A stretch of 64,000 nucleotides of DNA from the NCBI GenBank assembly GCA_041665365.1, contig JBAYIY010000003.1, positions 4,260-68,259 on the forward strand, written 5' to 3'. The translations under genes and the position numbers were made by a program. Positions 36,902 through 48,278 of the stretch are shown piece by piece. Each line of letters begins with the position of its first letter. The stretch's first letter is position 1. The DNA is from Patescibacteria group bacterium. Its GTDB lineage: Bacteria > Patescibacteriota > Patescibacteriia > UBA9570. Under the pieces are notes generated by a model. It did not search any database and was not told where the DNA came from. It saw only the letters and a list, made by a program, of their open reading frames with translations.

Positions 36902-39900
36902 ATGATTGTTTTGATCAAACAACAAATAAAAAACCAAGAAAACCAGCCCAGATCGATCTTTTCTGGTCTGTGGTTATTGTTAATGCATGTGTTATTGGGT
37001 GTTTATCACGTCATATTGATCATGTTTTTCCCGGCCAGCACCAGTTTTGCCAAAGTGAATGATTTATCTAGCAATGGGTATAAAACATCATATATAAGAC
37101 ACTGTCGTTTGCAACACAATGTTCGGTTCGGTACCTTAGCCTATTCACTGGTGTTGGTAACTATCATAACGATGATTCAGGCCACTGTCTCGATTATTAA
37201 CCCAGAACAATTTGGTCAATCAGCTTATGCCGCCACCTTTGAAGTAAACACAAATGAATTCACCAGTGACGGTAGTTGTGACCCACTAGGTGGCGGTGGT
37301 TTAGATTGTACTATCCGTGAAGCCATTGCTTTAGCTGGTCCAAATGACAGCATCACTTTTGATAATAATTATACTATTACTACAACTATCCCTCTTAATA
37401 TCTTGAATGCTGGATTAACAATTGATGGAGCCGCGGCCGGAGGAACGGTGACAATAAATTGTAATAATGTAGCCAATTTTGGTTTTGTAGTATCGGCTGA
37501 TGATGTTACGCTAAAAAATATTACAATCGAGAATTGCACAAATGACTCTATCATATTAAAAAATAGCGGTTTTTTAGTCGATGCCGTGACAGTATCGAGT
37601 GGTAATAATCGTGGTATTTATGTTGAACCTGCTGTAACTAGCGGTACTATCATGGGGAGTACATTAACTGAAAATCTAGTCGGAATTTTTGTGATAAATA
37701 GTTCTGGTCTTACTATTACGGGCAATACAGTTGAGCAGAGCACTTTGCAGGGTATGCAAATAAATGGTGTGACTGGTTCTGTCATCACCGCTAATACAAT
37801 AACCAACAATAGTGATGTTGGTCTTAGTTTATTACCGAACAGTGATAGCAATACTATTACTAATAATACAATTACCAATAATAGTGGTAGTGCCGGTTTA
37901 GCCATTGATACTTCAGACAGTAACTTGATTACTGGTAACACCATCACTGGTAACACAACGAGAGGGATGTATTTCACGAGTAGCTCTAATAATCAAGTAA
38001 GTGGTAATACAATCAGTGGAGCAGATGCTGTGGTGGTTGATGCTGGTTCAACTGATAATATCATTGGTGCCAGTTTAACTAGTCCGGATACGACGGGTAA
38101 TAACATAACTAGCACAACAGATGGTATTGAGTATATTAGTGCTACCACTAAGGACAACTATCATAGAAAAAATAGTTTCGTTTCTGTTGGAGCAAGTTTT
38201 GTTGCCAATACCAGTGGTGCCCAAAGTGATAGTTCAACTCCAGTAATTACTGCTTGGTATAATGATGGCATTTATGGTACAGCCAGTGCTGATAGTACGG
38301 TTGATATTTACGATGCAGCAAATTATATTACTAGCACTACAGCCAACTCAGCTGGTTTATGGTCGATCACAGATAGTTCATTATCTGAACAGACTACTCT
38401 GGCGGTGATGGCCACAGTCCAAGCTGCCGGCTCAAGTGATTTTGCTACTACTACAGCGCAAACTCCTTTAGCCATTTCTAGTGTTGTCACTGAGCCATCC
38501 ACTAATTTGGCTACAATCAGTTGGGGAACTAATTTGTTGGCAACCAGTACACTGCGTTATGCGCCGGCTAATGGTGGAGCCGAGGCCGTGACTGTCACCC
38601 TAGCTGATGCTAGTACTACTTTTAGTACAGCGTTATCTGGTTTAGCTCCAGCTTCACAATATGATTGTACCATTACCGGTACGGCTGAATATCTTACTGA
38701 TAATACAGCTAGTGGTGATTGTACTTTCACAACTAGCTCAGCTTCAGCGACCGAAACAACCTATGCTGATACGGTTGTAAAAAATGTGACTGTGATAGAT
38801 GCTTATGATAATCATACTACTATCACTGGAGCGGCTGATCAGAGTGAGATTTTTCCGTATGGTAAATTAACCTTTGTTTTTAAAGATACAGAGTTACAAT
38901 TAAATGATTACCGCTTACATTTTGTCTTACATGAAGCTAAGCAAAATGCGACCGATATTATTAATAAAAAGAAAGCCTTTGATAGTAATGGTCGAGCTGA
39001 GTTCAATGTCAAGAAACAACAACTAGCACTCGAAAAAACTTATGCCGTATTTTCTGGGTTAGTAGCTAGTAATGGGACGTATTTAAATACAGATGGCTTA
39101 GCTAGACAATTCACCTTTAGTTTAATTGACGCGCCACAATTATTAGCACCAAGTGAACGAGTTTACAATGGTATGCCAGAGCGATTTGTAGTGGCATCAG
39201 CCGCACCTAGCGTGACCGTATATTTAGAAAATCAGGCCGGTGTGGAGCAGTTTCATTGTACCGCTACTATGGTGGATAATGTTGGTGCCTGTACGCCACC
39301 CTTCGGTGTGGCCTTGGGGGATTATACTGTGCGTTTAGTTGATGCGCGCGGTGGTGTGGTCACAAAATCATTATATATTACAGCTCAAGCTCCCGATAAT
39401 GTTATCAACACAGATGATCGATCTGATAATTACAACAAACGTTTGATTACCACCGGTCAGCCAACCTTAGTTGGTATTATTCCAACTGGAGAAAAAGTTG
39501 AGATATCCATTCCGCAAATTAATGGTGCCATGTTAGCCGATGTGGCAGATAGTACCGGGCCAATCACGACCTGGTCATTCACTTTACGTTTAACCACTTT
39601 ACCATTAGGTGAAACCGATATTAAAGTGAATGATCAAACCATCTTAGTGTATCGTGTGCCTGGGGCGGTGCAACCAGCCGTGATTAGTCCAGATAATAAT
39701 AGTGCAGCACCAATTGCACCACGGATTCAAGTAATTAGTCCGGATGATCATGAATTAGAGATCTTGAACAGTGCCGGTGTGCAGCTGTTCAGAAATGGTT
39801 ATACCAATGGTGGTTTAGTAGTTGATTTACGTGCCTGGTATACCTTGCCTGGTACTTATACTATTACATTACGCAATCGTAATACTATAAATTTAATTTC

Positions 39901-40666
39901 TAAGAGTGTTTCTTTTACCTTTACTATTACCGCACCTGTTAGCGTGACAACTACCACGCCAGAACCAACCATAATTGAACCGATTGTAACTCCAATTACA
40001 ACTCCAATCGTAACTGAACCGATAGTTGATGTCGTTAAAGTTGAAACGGATTTACAACAAGTTGCCACAGAAACACAACAACCGCCAGTTTTTCCAACTA
40101 TTACTACGCAGCATGTTGTCGTCGACGATACCTTTAAAGCTTTAATCACAAAAGAAGTGAGTATCGGTACAGTGGTGGATTTTGCACCTGATGAAAACAC
40201 TGTTGTAACACCGGGAGAATTACCGATCATCACTCATACCGTGGAAGTATCACTTTGGGATTGGCTGACCGGTCGCACATCAACTTCAGTTGATAAAACT
40301 AACGTGGTGTTGTGTGGCACGGTAAAATTACCAGAGGAAGTGAAGACTGAGCCAGCCTATATGATTGTGTCGGTCTTTTCAGCACCAGTGGTAAAAATTG
40401 CCCAAGTTAATCATAACGGTCAGTGGAGTATGACGGTGCCGGCAGAATTATTAACCACGGGTGAGCATACCGTGTTTGCTGCCTTGGATGTAAATGGCAC
40501 ACAATCCGATCAAGTTGAAATTGCCCGGTTCGTGATTCAACGGCAACAACGTCTGTCGAATACAACTTGGTTAGTGATTATCAATGTAGTGGTGGTACTC
40601 ATTGCTGGATTATCTATTTGGTTGATTCGATTACGTCAGAAGCGAATGAATAATTCAACTTTATGA
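36902..40666 (+). CDS. giant surface protein: N-terminal signal anchor, right-handed parallel beta-helix repeat region, Ig-like domains, C-terminal TM anchor
   Basis: Repeats (NNTITNNSGSAGLAIDTSDSNLITGNTITGNTTRGMYF..) are typical of pectate-lyase-like beta-helices; C-terminal hydrophobic anchor plus basic tail (LIRLRQKR); the start at 36902 is uncertain. Confidence 0.5.
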   Translation: MIVLIKQQIKNQENQPRSIFSGLWLLLMHVLLGVYHVILIMFFPASTSFAKVNDLSSNGYKTSYIRHCRLQHNVRFGTLAYSLVLVTIITMIQATVSIINPEQFGQSAYAATFEVNTNEFTSDGSCDPLGGGGLDCTIREAIALAGPNDSITFDNNYTITTTIPLNILNAGLTIDGAAAGGTVTINCNNVANFGFVVSADDVTLKNITIENCTNDSIILKNSGFLVDAVTVSSGNNRGIYVEPAVTSGTIMGSTLTENLVGIFVINSSGLTITGNTVEQSTLQGMQINGVTGSVITANTITNNSDVGLSLLPNSDSNTITNNTITNNSGSAGLAIDTSDSNLITGNTITGNTTRGMYFTSSSNNQVSGNTISGADAVVVDAGSTDNIIGASLTSPDTTGNNITSTTDGIEYISATTKDNYHRKNSFVSVGASFVANTSGAQSDSSTPVITAWYNDGIYGTASADSTVDIYDAANYITSTTANSAGLWSITDSSLSEQTTLAVMATVQAAGSSDFATTTAQTPLAISSVVTEPSTNLATISWGTNLLATSTLRYAPANGGAEAVTVTLADASTTFSTALSGLAPASQYDCTITGTAEYLTDNTASGDCTFTTSSASATETTYADTVVKNVTVIDAYDNHTTITGAADQSEIFPYGKLTFVFKDTELQLNDYRLHFVLHEAKQNATDIINKKKAFDSNGRAEFNVKKQQLALEKTYAVFSGLVASNGTYLNTDGLARQFTFSLIDAPQLLAPSERVYNGMPERFVVASAAPSVTVYLENQAGVEQFHCTATMVDNVGACTPPFGVALGDYTVRLVDARGGVVTKSLYITAQAPDNVINTDDRSDNYNKRLITTGQPTLVGIIPTGEKVEISIPQINGAMLADVADSTGPITTWSFTLRLTTLPLGETDIKVNDQTILVYRVPGAVQPAVISPDNNSAAPIAPRIQVISPDDHELEILNSAGVQLFRNGYTNGGLVVDLRAWYTLPGTYTITLRNRNTINLISKSVSFTFTITAPVSVTTTTPEPTIIEPIVTPITTPIVTEPIVDVVKVETDLQQVATETQQPPVFPTITTQHVVVDDTFKALITKEVSIGTVVDFAPDENTVVTPGELPIITHTVEVSLWDWLTGRTSTSVDKTNVVLCGTVKLPEEVKTEPAYMIVSVFSAPVVKIAQVNHNGQWSMTVPAELLTTGEHTVFAALDVNGTQSDQVEIARFVIQRQQRLSNTTWLVIINVVVVLIAGLSIWLIRLRQKRMNNSTL

Positions 40667-41208
40667 AACGGTTGTTATTATTACTCTGTGCATTATCATT
40701 TTACCCGGCTAGTTTAGCGGCTGCGACCGCTGGCAGTGTGCATGTCGTGGCTCACGCCAACGATGCGGCTGCGCTTGAGATAGTCGATCGCACAACCATC
40801 GTGAAACAAATCGATTATCTTGGTTTAGATTCAACCAGTCAACCCGTCACAACAGAAATTGAGTTTAGTGGGACAGCGGCGACACCACAAGCTACAGTTA
40901 AGGTTTCTATTCCGGCGGCTGACATTGCGCAATTAACCGAAGTAGACAGCGCTGGTAAATGGAGTATAGCTTTACCAACTCAAGCACTGACACCAGGGAA
41001 TTATTATGCTTATGTATCAGCCGCAGATATAACTGAGACCAATAAAACTCTAGGTTTACCCGTAGCCTATTTCACCGTGTTGAATAATCAATCATTGTCG
41101 GTGGCAACCTGGATATTTTTAGTCACCAGTGGATTAGCCATTTTTGCTTTATTATTGGCGATTACTTTACAATTGCGTTATAATGCTGAACATCATCCCG
41201 TTTTATGA
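40663..41208 (+). CDS. secreted protein with C-terminal TM anchor (resembles the C-terminal module of the upstream giant protein)
   Basis: Signal peptide MKRLLLLLCALSFYPASLAAA; C-terminal TM helix. Confidence 0.4.
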   Translation: MKRLLLLLCALSFYPASLAAATAGSVHVVAHANDAAALEIVDRTTIVKQIDYLGLDSTSQPVTTEIEFSGTAATPQATVKVSIPAADIAQLTEVDSAGKWSIALPTQALTPGNYYAYVSAADITETNKTLGLPVAYFTVLNNQSLSVATWIFLVTSGLAIFALLLAITLQLRYNAEHHPVL

Positions 41209-42185
41209 CAATTTTTTCCGGTATTCAACCGTCTGGCTCAATTCATTTAGGAAATTATATCGGCGCTATTCGACAATGGGTTGAACTTCAAACCAGTGCG
41301 CAGCCGTGTCTTTATTGCATTGTGGATTATCATGCTATCACTGTCCGACAAGATCCTGACACACTCAATGAAAATATTCGGTCACTGGCCGCCATGTATC
41401 TGGCCGTCGGTTTAGATCCAACAAAAGTTATCTTATTTAAACAATCAGATGTATCAGCGCATACTGAACTAGCCTGGATCTTGAACACGCTAACCTATAT
41501 GGGTGAACTGGAGCGCATGACGCAATACAAAGATAAAATCAAACAACACAAAAAAAACAATAATGTTGGTTTATTTACTTATCCAGTCTTGATGGCAGCC
41601 GATATATTATTATATCAAACTGAGGCTGTGCCCGTCGGGGAAGATCAATCGCAACACGTTGAATTAACTCGTGATATCGCGCAACGCTTTAATGAACGTT
41701 ATGGTGATACATTTATCGTACCGAAAGTGTTGCAACCTACTGTCGGAACACGGATTATGAGTCTAGATGATCCAACTAAAAAGATGAGTAAATCCGCCAC
41801 TAGCCCGTTAGGTTATATCAGTTTAACTGATACGCCAGAGGTGATTACAAAAAAAATAAAAAAGGCCGTCACTGATTCCGGTACGGACATTATTGCCAGC
41901 GATGATAAACCGGCTCTTAAAAACCTCTTAACTATCTATTCAGTATTGTCCGGTAAAACTATCACTCAACTCGAAACACTTTACGCCAAGCAAGGTTATG
42001 GTAAATTCAAAACTGATTTAGCCGAAGTAATAGTGAATTGGGTAAAACCAATTCAAGCACGTTATCAAACTTTAATGGTAGATCAAGTTAGTTTAGATCA
42101 AATCTTACAGCACGGCGCTGACCAAGCGAAAATTTTGGCAGATAAAACATTGCGCGATGTCAAAAGTAAAATCGGCCTCAACTAA
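41205..42185 (+). CDS. trpS: tryptophan--tRNA ligase
   Basis: Class I HIGH-like (PSGSIHLGNY) and KMSKS motifs; 326 aa. Confidence 0.9.
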   Translation: MTIFSGIQPSGSIHLGNYIGAIRQWVELQTSAQPCLYCIVDYHAITVRQDPDTLNENIRSLAAMYLAVGLDPTKVILFKQSDVSAHTELAWILNTLTYMGELERMTQYKDKIKQHKKNNNVGLFTYPVLMAADILLYQTEAVPVGEDQSQHVELTRDIAQRFNERYGDTFIVPKVLQPTVGTRIMSLDDPTKKMSKSATSPLGYISLTDTPEVITKKIKKAVTDSGTDIIASDDKPALKNLLTIYSVLSGKTITQLETLYAKQGYGKFKTDLAEVIVNWVKPIQARYQTLMVDQVSLDQILQHGADQAKILADKTLRDVKSKIGLN

Positions 42186-43464
42186 AATCCCGACCATCCT
42201 AATTTTTGGGTTAGGCGGTTATGTGCATGGCAGTGGTACTGCCGCGGCTCTGTATTTTGCTAAACAGGGCTATCATGTGATTGTGACCGATCAAAAATCT
42301 GCCGATCTATTACATCAAGGCACAATAAAAAAATTAAATAAATACCCCAATGTTGAGTTAGTGTTGGGAAAACATCGTAAAACCGATATTAGACGAGCTG
42401 ATTTGATAGTTCGTAATCCGGGTGTGTCGGATCAATCACCCTTTATGCAGTATGCCCACCAATTAAAAAAACCGATTACAAATGATGTGGGTATTTTCTT
42501 GGATGAATTAAAAGAGCAGTTCGGGCCAGATGGTGTGACGGTGGTTGGTATCACCGGAACGCGCGGTAAAAGTACCACTACGGCTTTAATTGGCCACATG
42601 CTACAAGCACGGGTGGGCGGAAACATTGGTTTGTCACCCTTAACTTTTCTCAATAAAATCAAAGCTAATGATGTAGTAGTGTTAGAGCTATCTAGTTGGT
42701 TATTACGTGATTTACATCTACCTAGTTTGTCTGTCGCAGTAGTAACAAACATGTTGCGCGATCACATGAATTATTACAAAAACATGTCATTGTATCAGGC
42801 CGATAAAGAACGCATCTTTTTAGGCCAAGCACCCTACCATCATGCTGTAGTAAATGCGACTGATAGTAGAGTTCGTCAGATGGCAAAAAAAACTAAAGCG
42901 CAATTACATTGGTTTAATAAAACCAGTATTAAGGGAGTACAATTATTAGGTGAACATAATCAATTTAATATTGGGGCGGCTTGGCAAGTAGGGAAAGTAT
43001 TTGGTTTAACCGATAAACAATTAGTTGCAGCTGTTAAATCATTTAAACCATTAGCGAATCGTTTAGAAGTAATTCGCGTACATAACGGTCGGACATTTAT
43101 CAACGATACTACAGCCACAACTCCAGATGCGACTATTGCAGCACTGTTATCATTTAAGAAAAAAGTGATTTTAATTGCTGGTGGCAACTCTAAACAGTTA
43201 TCATTAACAGCCCTGCGTAAATTAATCCCTCAACATGTAAAAAAACTGATTTTATTACCCGGTAATGCCAATCATGATTTTCCTCCTGGTATTACTGTGT
43301 CTACCATGGCGCAAGCCGTGCGTACTGCCTGGCAGTTATCCAAACCCGGCGATATTATTTTATTATCGCCGGGTGTGACCTGGTTACCCTTAATGAATGA
43401 ATTTAAACGCGGTGAAGAGTTTGTTAAGGAGGTAAAAAAACACCTCCCCAACCCTCCTATATAG
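42157..43464 (+). CDS. murD: UDP-N-acetylmuramoylalanine--D-glutamate ligase
   Basis: Mur ligase P-loop (GITGTRGKSTTTALIGHML) and N-terminal Rossmann-like region; start uncertain (overlaps trpS). Confidence 0.8.
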   Translation: MSKVKSASTKIPTILIFGLGGYVHGSGTAAALYFAKQGYHVIVTDQKSADLLHQGTIKKLNKYPNVELVLGKHRKTDIRRADLIVRNPGVSDQSPFMQYAHQLKKPITNDVGIFLDELKEQFGPDGVTVVGITGTRGKSTTTALIGHMLQARVGGNIGLSPLTFLNKIKANDVVVLELSSWLLRDLHLPSLSVAVVTNMLRDHMNYYKNMSLYQADKERIFLGQAPYHHAVVNATDSRVRQMAKKTKAQLHWFNKTSIKGVQLLGEHNQFNIGAAWQVGKVFGLTDKQLVAAVKSFKPLANRLEVIRVHNGRTFINDTTATTPDATIAALLSFKKKVILIAGGNSKQLSLTALRKLIPQHVKKLILLPGNANHDFPPGITVSTMAQAVRTAWQLSKPGDIILLSPGVTWLPLMNEFKRGEEFVKEVKKHLPNPPI

Positions 43465-43512
43465 GAGGGAGTAAGAAAAAATCTTAACCCCTTCCTAAAT
43501 AGGAAGGTGTAT
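43441..43512 (+). repeat. nested-hairpin repeat family member (CACCTCCCCAACCCTCCTATATAGGAGGGAGTAAGAAAAAA plus a second hairpin CCTTCCTAAATAGGAAGG)
   Basis: Shares leader, hairpin and AGTAAGAAA tail with the other copies; its 5' part encodes the last 8 residues and the stop codon of murD. Confidence 0.5.
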
Positions 43513-43519
43513 TCCGGCA

Positions 43520-44248
43520 TTATAAATGCGCGTAGCGTTTGATTTGTTCAAGAAAGGGCATCTTTTCTCCACTACATTCAAAGATGTAACTAGGAGGAGT
43601 ATTGTGTAATTTTGGTTCGGCCTGTTGCATAACTCGTAGAGTTTGACGTGCCACGGCTTCATTTGAATCGATCACTTTAACATCTGGTCCAACCAGGCGT
43701 TGAATTCGTCCCTTTATTAGGGTGTAATGGGTACAGCCTAAGACAACAATGTCAGCCTCGCCAATTGGTTTGAGATAGTGTTTTAGTTGTTCTTCGGTTA
43801 AACGGTGAAATTCAATGGCGGTGGCTAAACCAATGCAGGGAATTTTTTTCACGTTTTTATCGGGCGCAAATTCAGCAATCAATTGGTCAGTATAAGGTGA
43901 TTCAGTTGTGACCACCGTAGCCAATAAAGCAATCTGACCATTTTTAGTTAGAGCCGCGGCTGTTTTAATAACTGGCACAACTCCAATAATAGATTTTGGT
44001 ACATGCGCACGAAAAAAATCTAAATCGTTCACTGAAGCAGTATTGCAGGCCAGCACAATAACATCACAAGTTTTGGCTAATTTTTTTAAACCGTTTAAGG
44101 TAATGTGCCGAATTTCATCTGGAGTGCGTTCACCAAATGGAAAAAAAGCTGTATCGGCATAATAGGTGATACTTTCGGTTGGTAGAACTTGTTTGATAGT
44201 ATTGAAGATGCCGAGACCGCCAATACCTGAATCATAGACGCCGATCAT
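43520..44248 (-). CDS. murI: glutamate racemase
   Basis: MIGVYDSGIGGL.. and ..LACNTAS.. motifs. Confidence 0.9.
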   Translation of the reverse strand: MIGVYDSGIGGLGIFNTIKQVLPTESITYYADTAFFPFGERTPDEIRHITLNGLKKLAKTCDVIVLACNTASVNDLDFFRAHVPKSIIGVVPVIKTAAALTKNGQIALLATVVTTESPYTDQLIAEFAPDKNVKKIPCIGLATAIEFHRLTEEQLKHYLKPIGEADIVVLGCTHYTLIKGRIQRLVGPDVKVIDSNEAVARQTLRVMQQAEPKLHNTPPSYIFECSGEKMPFLEQIKRYAHL

Positions 44249-44268
44249 AGTTGGATCAGTTTAACATG

Positions 44269-45783
44269 TTAATGAATAATCAGACTAGTGCCAGTCATGT
44301 CAACTGGTTTTGGTTCACCCAGGATATCTAAAATAGTGGCCGCGCAATCTTTTAAAGTGCCATCATCGCGCAATTTAGCTTGTTTATGTTGGTCATCAAT
44401 TAAAATAAATGGGACAAATGAATCCGTGTGAAAGGTATGTGGGCAGTTATAGGTGGGATCCCACATGACTTCGGCATCACCATGATCGGCGGTTATTATC
44501 ATCACACCATCATGGACTTTTAATTCTTGATAGATGATATGTAAAGCGCGATCAATCGCTTCCACCCCTAAAATGGTGGCGGGTTTGTTACCGGTATGGC
44601 CGAGCATATCGGCATTGGGAAAATTCATCACATACACATCAAAAGCATCACTTTTTAAGTGTTTCACAGCCTCAGCGGCAATGGCCTCAGCTTGCATTGC
44701 TGGCTTTAAATCATAGGTGGCAATTTTATCTGATGGAATCAGGACACGTTCTTCACCTGGAAATGGATCTTCGCGCATGACATTAAATATTTTGGTCACA
44801 TAAACCCATTTTTCTGTCTCAGTGAGACGGAGTTGTGAATAACCACGTTTACTCAATACTTCACCTAGAATATTTTTCGCGGCCAGTTCAACACGCGCCA
44901 ATGCGGCTGGGGCGGGCATATCAGTATAATATTCACTCATGCCCACATAATGTAACTTTGGTACAGTGCGCCGAGTAAAATGTTTAAACCCTGGTTCTAT
45001 TAAAGCTTGTGTAATTTCAATTTCCCGATCGATGCGAAAATTAAAATTTATCACCACATCACCATCACGCATTATGCCATCGGGATTAATAATTGTCGGT
45101 TGAATAAATTCATCAGTTTCACCGCGCGCATAAGCCGTTGTAATAGCAGCATCGGCGGAGTTTGCCTGGTGTAAACCTTCGCCTAGAACTAATAATTTAT
45201 AAGCCGCTTCAATCCGTTCCCAACGATGATCGCGATCCATCACCCACCAGCGGCCTTGTAGTGTCGCCACATCATTACCCAATTTGGCCACATATTGACG
45301 CGCGGAAGTTGGCGGCACATCACGTCCGTCTGTAATGGCATGAATAAACACATCCTTCACTCCACCAGCTTTGGCCATGGCGACTAATTCATGACAGGCT
45401 GTGTCGTAAGTATGTACACCACCATCGGAGATTAAACCCATAAGGTGTAAACGGCCAGTTCCGGTAACCGCTTGTTGGATGGCTTTTAATAGAACGGGAT
45501 TCTTGCGAATATCTCCTGTCGCAATGGCCTGCAGTAATTGCATTTGAGGCAACAATAAGTTGCGTCCGGCTCCCATAATTAAATGACCCATCTCGGTTGA
45601 ACCAGGGTGACCTTGTGGTAGACCAATGTGTGGACCAGCCGCACCAATCGGTTTGTTGGGATAGTTCGCTAGAAAAGAGTCGATCGTGGGAGTTTTCGCT
45701 AAAAAAATCGCATTATGAGCATCATCGGTACCAATACCCCAGCCATCGAGAATAATAAACATCACCGGACGTTTACTTTTCAT
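44269..45783 (-). CDS. gpmI: 2,3-bisphosphoglycerate-independent phosphoglycerate mutase
   Basis: ..FIILDGWGIG.. N-terminus and full-length iPGM similarity; 504 aa. Confidence 0.9.
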   Translation of the reverse strand: MKSKRPVMFIILDGWGIGTDDAHNAIFLAKTPTIDSFLANYPNKPIGAAGPHIGLPQGHPGSTEMGHLIMGAGRNLLLPQMQLLQAIATGDIRKNPVLLKAIQQAVTGTGRLHLMGLISDGGVHTYDTACHELVAMAKAGGVKDVFIHAITDGRDVPPTSARQYVAKLGNDVATLQGRWWVMDRDHRWERIEAAYKLLVLGEGLHQANSADAAITTAYARGETDEFIQPTIINPDGIMRDGDVVINFNFRIDREIEITQALIEPGFKHFTRRTVPKLHYVGMSEYYTDMPAPAALARVELAAKNILGEVLSKRGYSQLRLTETEKWVYVTKIFNVMREDPFPGEERVLIPSDKIATYDLKPAMQAEAIAAEAVKHLKSDAFDVYVMNFPNADMLGHTGNKPATILGVEAIDRALHIIYQELKVHDGVMIITADHGDAEVMWDPTYNCPHTFHTDSFVPFILIDDQHKQAKLRDDGTLKDCAATILDILGEPKPVDMTGTSLIIH

Positions 45784-47144
45784 GCGCGAATCAAGGTTAA
45801 CAATTCTTTAGTTTTTTCATCCAGTAATTGCGCGGATCTAGCCTCAAGATTTAAGCGTAATAATGGTTCGGTATTAGACGCTCGTACATTAAACCAGTAA
45901 TCTTCATACTCAATGGTGATACCATCTAACTCTGAGATTTTTTTCGCCTGTGGTCCATAAGTATTTTTAATGTTTGCCATGACCTGTAATGGGTGGGTGA
46001 CAGTTGAGTTTATTTCTCCGGAATGGAAATATTTGCGTAATGGCCGCACTTGGTCAGCGATCGTAGCTGATTCACGACTGAATAACTGTAAGAGTTTTAA
46101 TACTACAATACATGGTGCTTCAAATGTGCCGTGGGGTAATTTTACAAAGAAATGGCCAGATGACTCACCGGCAAAAACGGCGCCTTCTCTTAGGGCTTGT
46201 TCTTTAATCAATGAGTGGCCAACTTTGGTAACCGATGGTTTACCACCATATTGTTCGATCATATCCTGGGTGATGCGACCGGGTCTAATATCGTAACAAA
46301 TCGTACTGCCAGGAAATTGTTCCAGAAAAACTTTGGCTAATAATCCACGCACCATGGCTGGTTCAATTAATTTACCCTCATTGTCGATGAAAAAAATCCG
46401 ATCACCATCACCATCCGTGGCAATACCCAGGTCGGCTTTTTCTTCCACAACTCGTTTCATTAAGGCGAGATTATTTTCCTCTTTGAACGGATCAGCTTCA
46501 TGGGCTGGAAAGGTACCATCCAAATTAAAATTCATCATGATAAGTTCACACGGGAGATGCTTGAATAATTCTGTGAGATAAGTTGCCCCCATGGCATTAG
46601 CCGCATCGGCCACAATCTTAAATGGTTTTATATTATTAGTACCAGCAAACTGAATGGCCTCAGCCACATCATTTATGACAATATCAGCACGGGTTTCGAC
46701 GTGACCAGTATTTTTTTTATTATTATAATCAACGTTTTTCGAAACGGCATCACGTAATGTCATAATGCCGGTATCTTTACTGACCGGGACACCACCGGCC
46801 CGCACCATTTTTAGACCATTGTATTGTGGGGGATTGTGTGAGGCCGATACCATCAAACCACCATCATAACCATACTTTGCAACAGCAAAATAGAAAGCCG
46901 GCGTTGAGACTAACCCAACATCAACTACTATTTGGCCTTCATCTAACAAACCCTGAATGACCGCCTGCTTCAAACTAGGTGATGATAGACGCATGTCCGC
47001 GCCGACGACTAATTTTAATTGACGATTATTTTGTTCAGCCGAAATTAATTGAGATAAAGACCGGGCAGTTTTATAGGCGATATCCTCGGTTAATTCCGAA
47101 CCATAAACGCCACGAATATCGTAGGCTTTAAAGATTTCTCCCAT
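45780..47144 (-). CDS. phosphohexomutase (phosphoglucosamine mutase / phosphomannomutase family)
   Basis: Active-site motif VSASHNP, a metal-binding loop and ~450 aa length. Confidence 0.8.
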   Translation of the reverse strand: MGEIFKAYDIRGVYGSELTEDIAYKTARSLSQLISAEQNNRQLKLVVGADMRLSSPSLKQAVIQGLLDEGQIVVDVGLVSTPAFYFAVAKYGYDGGLMVSASHNPPQYNGLKMVRAGGVPVSKDTGIMTLRDAVSKNVDYNNKKNTGHVETRADIVINDVAEAIQFAGTNNIKPFKIVADAANAMGATYLTELFKHLPCELIMMNFNLDGTFPAHEADPFKEENNLALMKRVVEEKADLGIATDGDGDRIFFIDNEGKLIEPAMVRGLLAKVFLEQFPGSTICYDIRPGRITQDMIEQYGGKPSVTKVGHSLIKEQALREGAVFAGESSGHFFVKLPHGTFEAPCIVVLKLLQLFSRESATIADQVRPLRKYFHSGEINSTVTHPLQVMANIKNTYGPQAKKISELDGITIEYEDYWFNVRASNTEPLLRLNLEARSAQLLDEKTKELLTLIRA

Positions 47145-48237
47145 ATTGTTGTATCAAGCTACCCATGGCCCAAGCCATTGCCACTACCATCACGACACAA
47201 CTTAATAACCAACCAAAGAAACCAAACCAACTCATCACGCCAGTTACTAGATATAACATACTAAAACCTAACATAAACTGTCCGAAAGAAGATTTGGCTT
47301 GTGGTAACAGCAGATAACCTAGACCAGAACCAGCTAATACTTTTGCCCACATCAGTACAACCAATAAAACTAAACCACTCATGGTGGCTAATGGTAAGCC
47401 AACTAAGGTTATAGCTAAGGTAAGTAAAACAGCCGGTGCTAGAACTAATATGCCAATACCATATAGTAGACTTTTGCCCGGCGCTGTTTTCATGCGCTGT
47501 ATAACGGTGTTGCTATTTTTCGGGAATAATTTAAGAAGCACAATTCCTAATATTACATAACCCAACCAACCAAGCATGAGTTTAATAACCTGAAAGACGG
47601 TGACCAAGGGTTTTTTTACATCTGGTTTTGGTGCGGTTTGGTTATTATTTTGTTCTTCAGGTTTAGTGTGATGCACTTCACCTAATATGCTGGCCGTGTT
47701 GCCTGTGTTTAATTCATTGGCTGTGACAGTGACATCACCGTTCACAGTGCCGTTAACATCCAGGGTGTTAGATTGCACAGTAACGTCTTGTCCAACATGG
47801 GCAGTTTTAGCAATGGTAACTTGATTACCAAATACAACTAAATTTCGTCCGACTGACTGTTTTATGGTAACAGTGCTACCAGCGGCTCTAAGACTTCCAT
47901 TAACATCGCCATCAACTATCACTGTTCCACCAGCTACAAATAAATCTCCTTCAATTGTGCCAGTTACCGTCACGGTATTACCAGCGACGAAAACATCATT
48001 CAAATAATGTTTATCCAAAACCACATCTTGGTTAGCATACAAGTACATGTGTTCAACCGTGTCTAAGTTTTCTTCTTTCACTGCACCAGTTGTGTTTTTA
48101 ACTTGTTCATTAATTGGGTCAGTTTCAGCTGCCAACATAGCATCGGCTGGAGTGAGCGTAAATAAAACAATGCCTCCTAATACAAGTGCAATAAAAGCAC
48201 TGATTAATGGGATAGATTGGGTCACTTTAAATTTCAT
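47128..48237 (-). CDS. membrane protein with beta-helix-like V/G/T-rich repeats (DUF4097/bactofilin-like) and a C-terminal multi-TM domain
   Basis: ..FVAGNTVTVTGTIEGDLFVAGGTVIVDGDVNGSLRAAGSTVTI.. repeats followed by about 5 TM helices. Confidence 0.35.
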   Translation of the reverse strand: MKFKVTQSIPLISAFIALVLGGIVLFTLTPADAMLAAETDPINEQVKNTTGAVKEENLDTVEHMYLYANQDVVLDKHYLNDVFVAGNTVTVTGTIEGDLFVAGGTVIVDGDVNGSLRAAGSTVTIKQSVGRNLVVFGNQVTIAKTAHVGQDVTVQSNTLDVNGTVNGDVTVTANELNTGNTASILGEVHHTKPEEQNNNQTAPKPDVKKPLVTVFQVIKLMLGWLGYVILGIVLLKLFPKNSNTVIQRMKTAPGKSLLYGIGILVLAPAVLLTLAITLVGLPLATMSGLVLLVVLMWAKVLAGSGLGYLLLPQAKSSFGQFMLGFSMLYLVTGVMSWFGFFGWLLSCVVMVVAMAWAMGSLIQQYGRNL

Positions 48238-48278
48238 ACTAGTGTTAGTTTATATGAATCAAGTGGGCGTACTATACA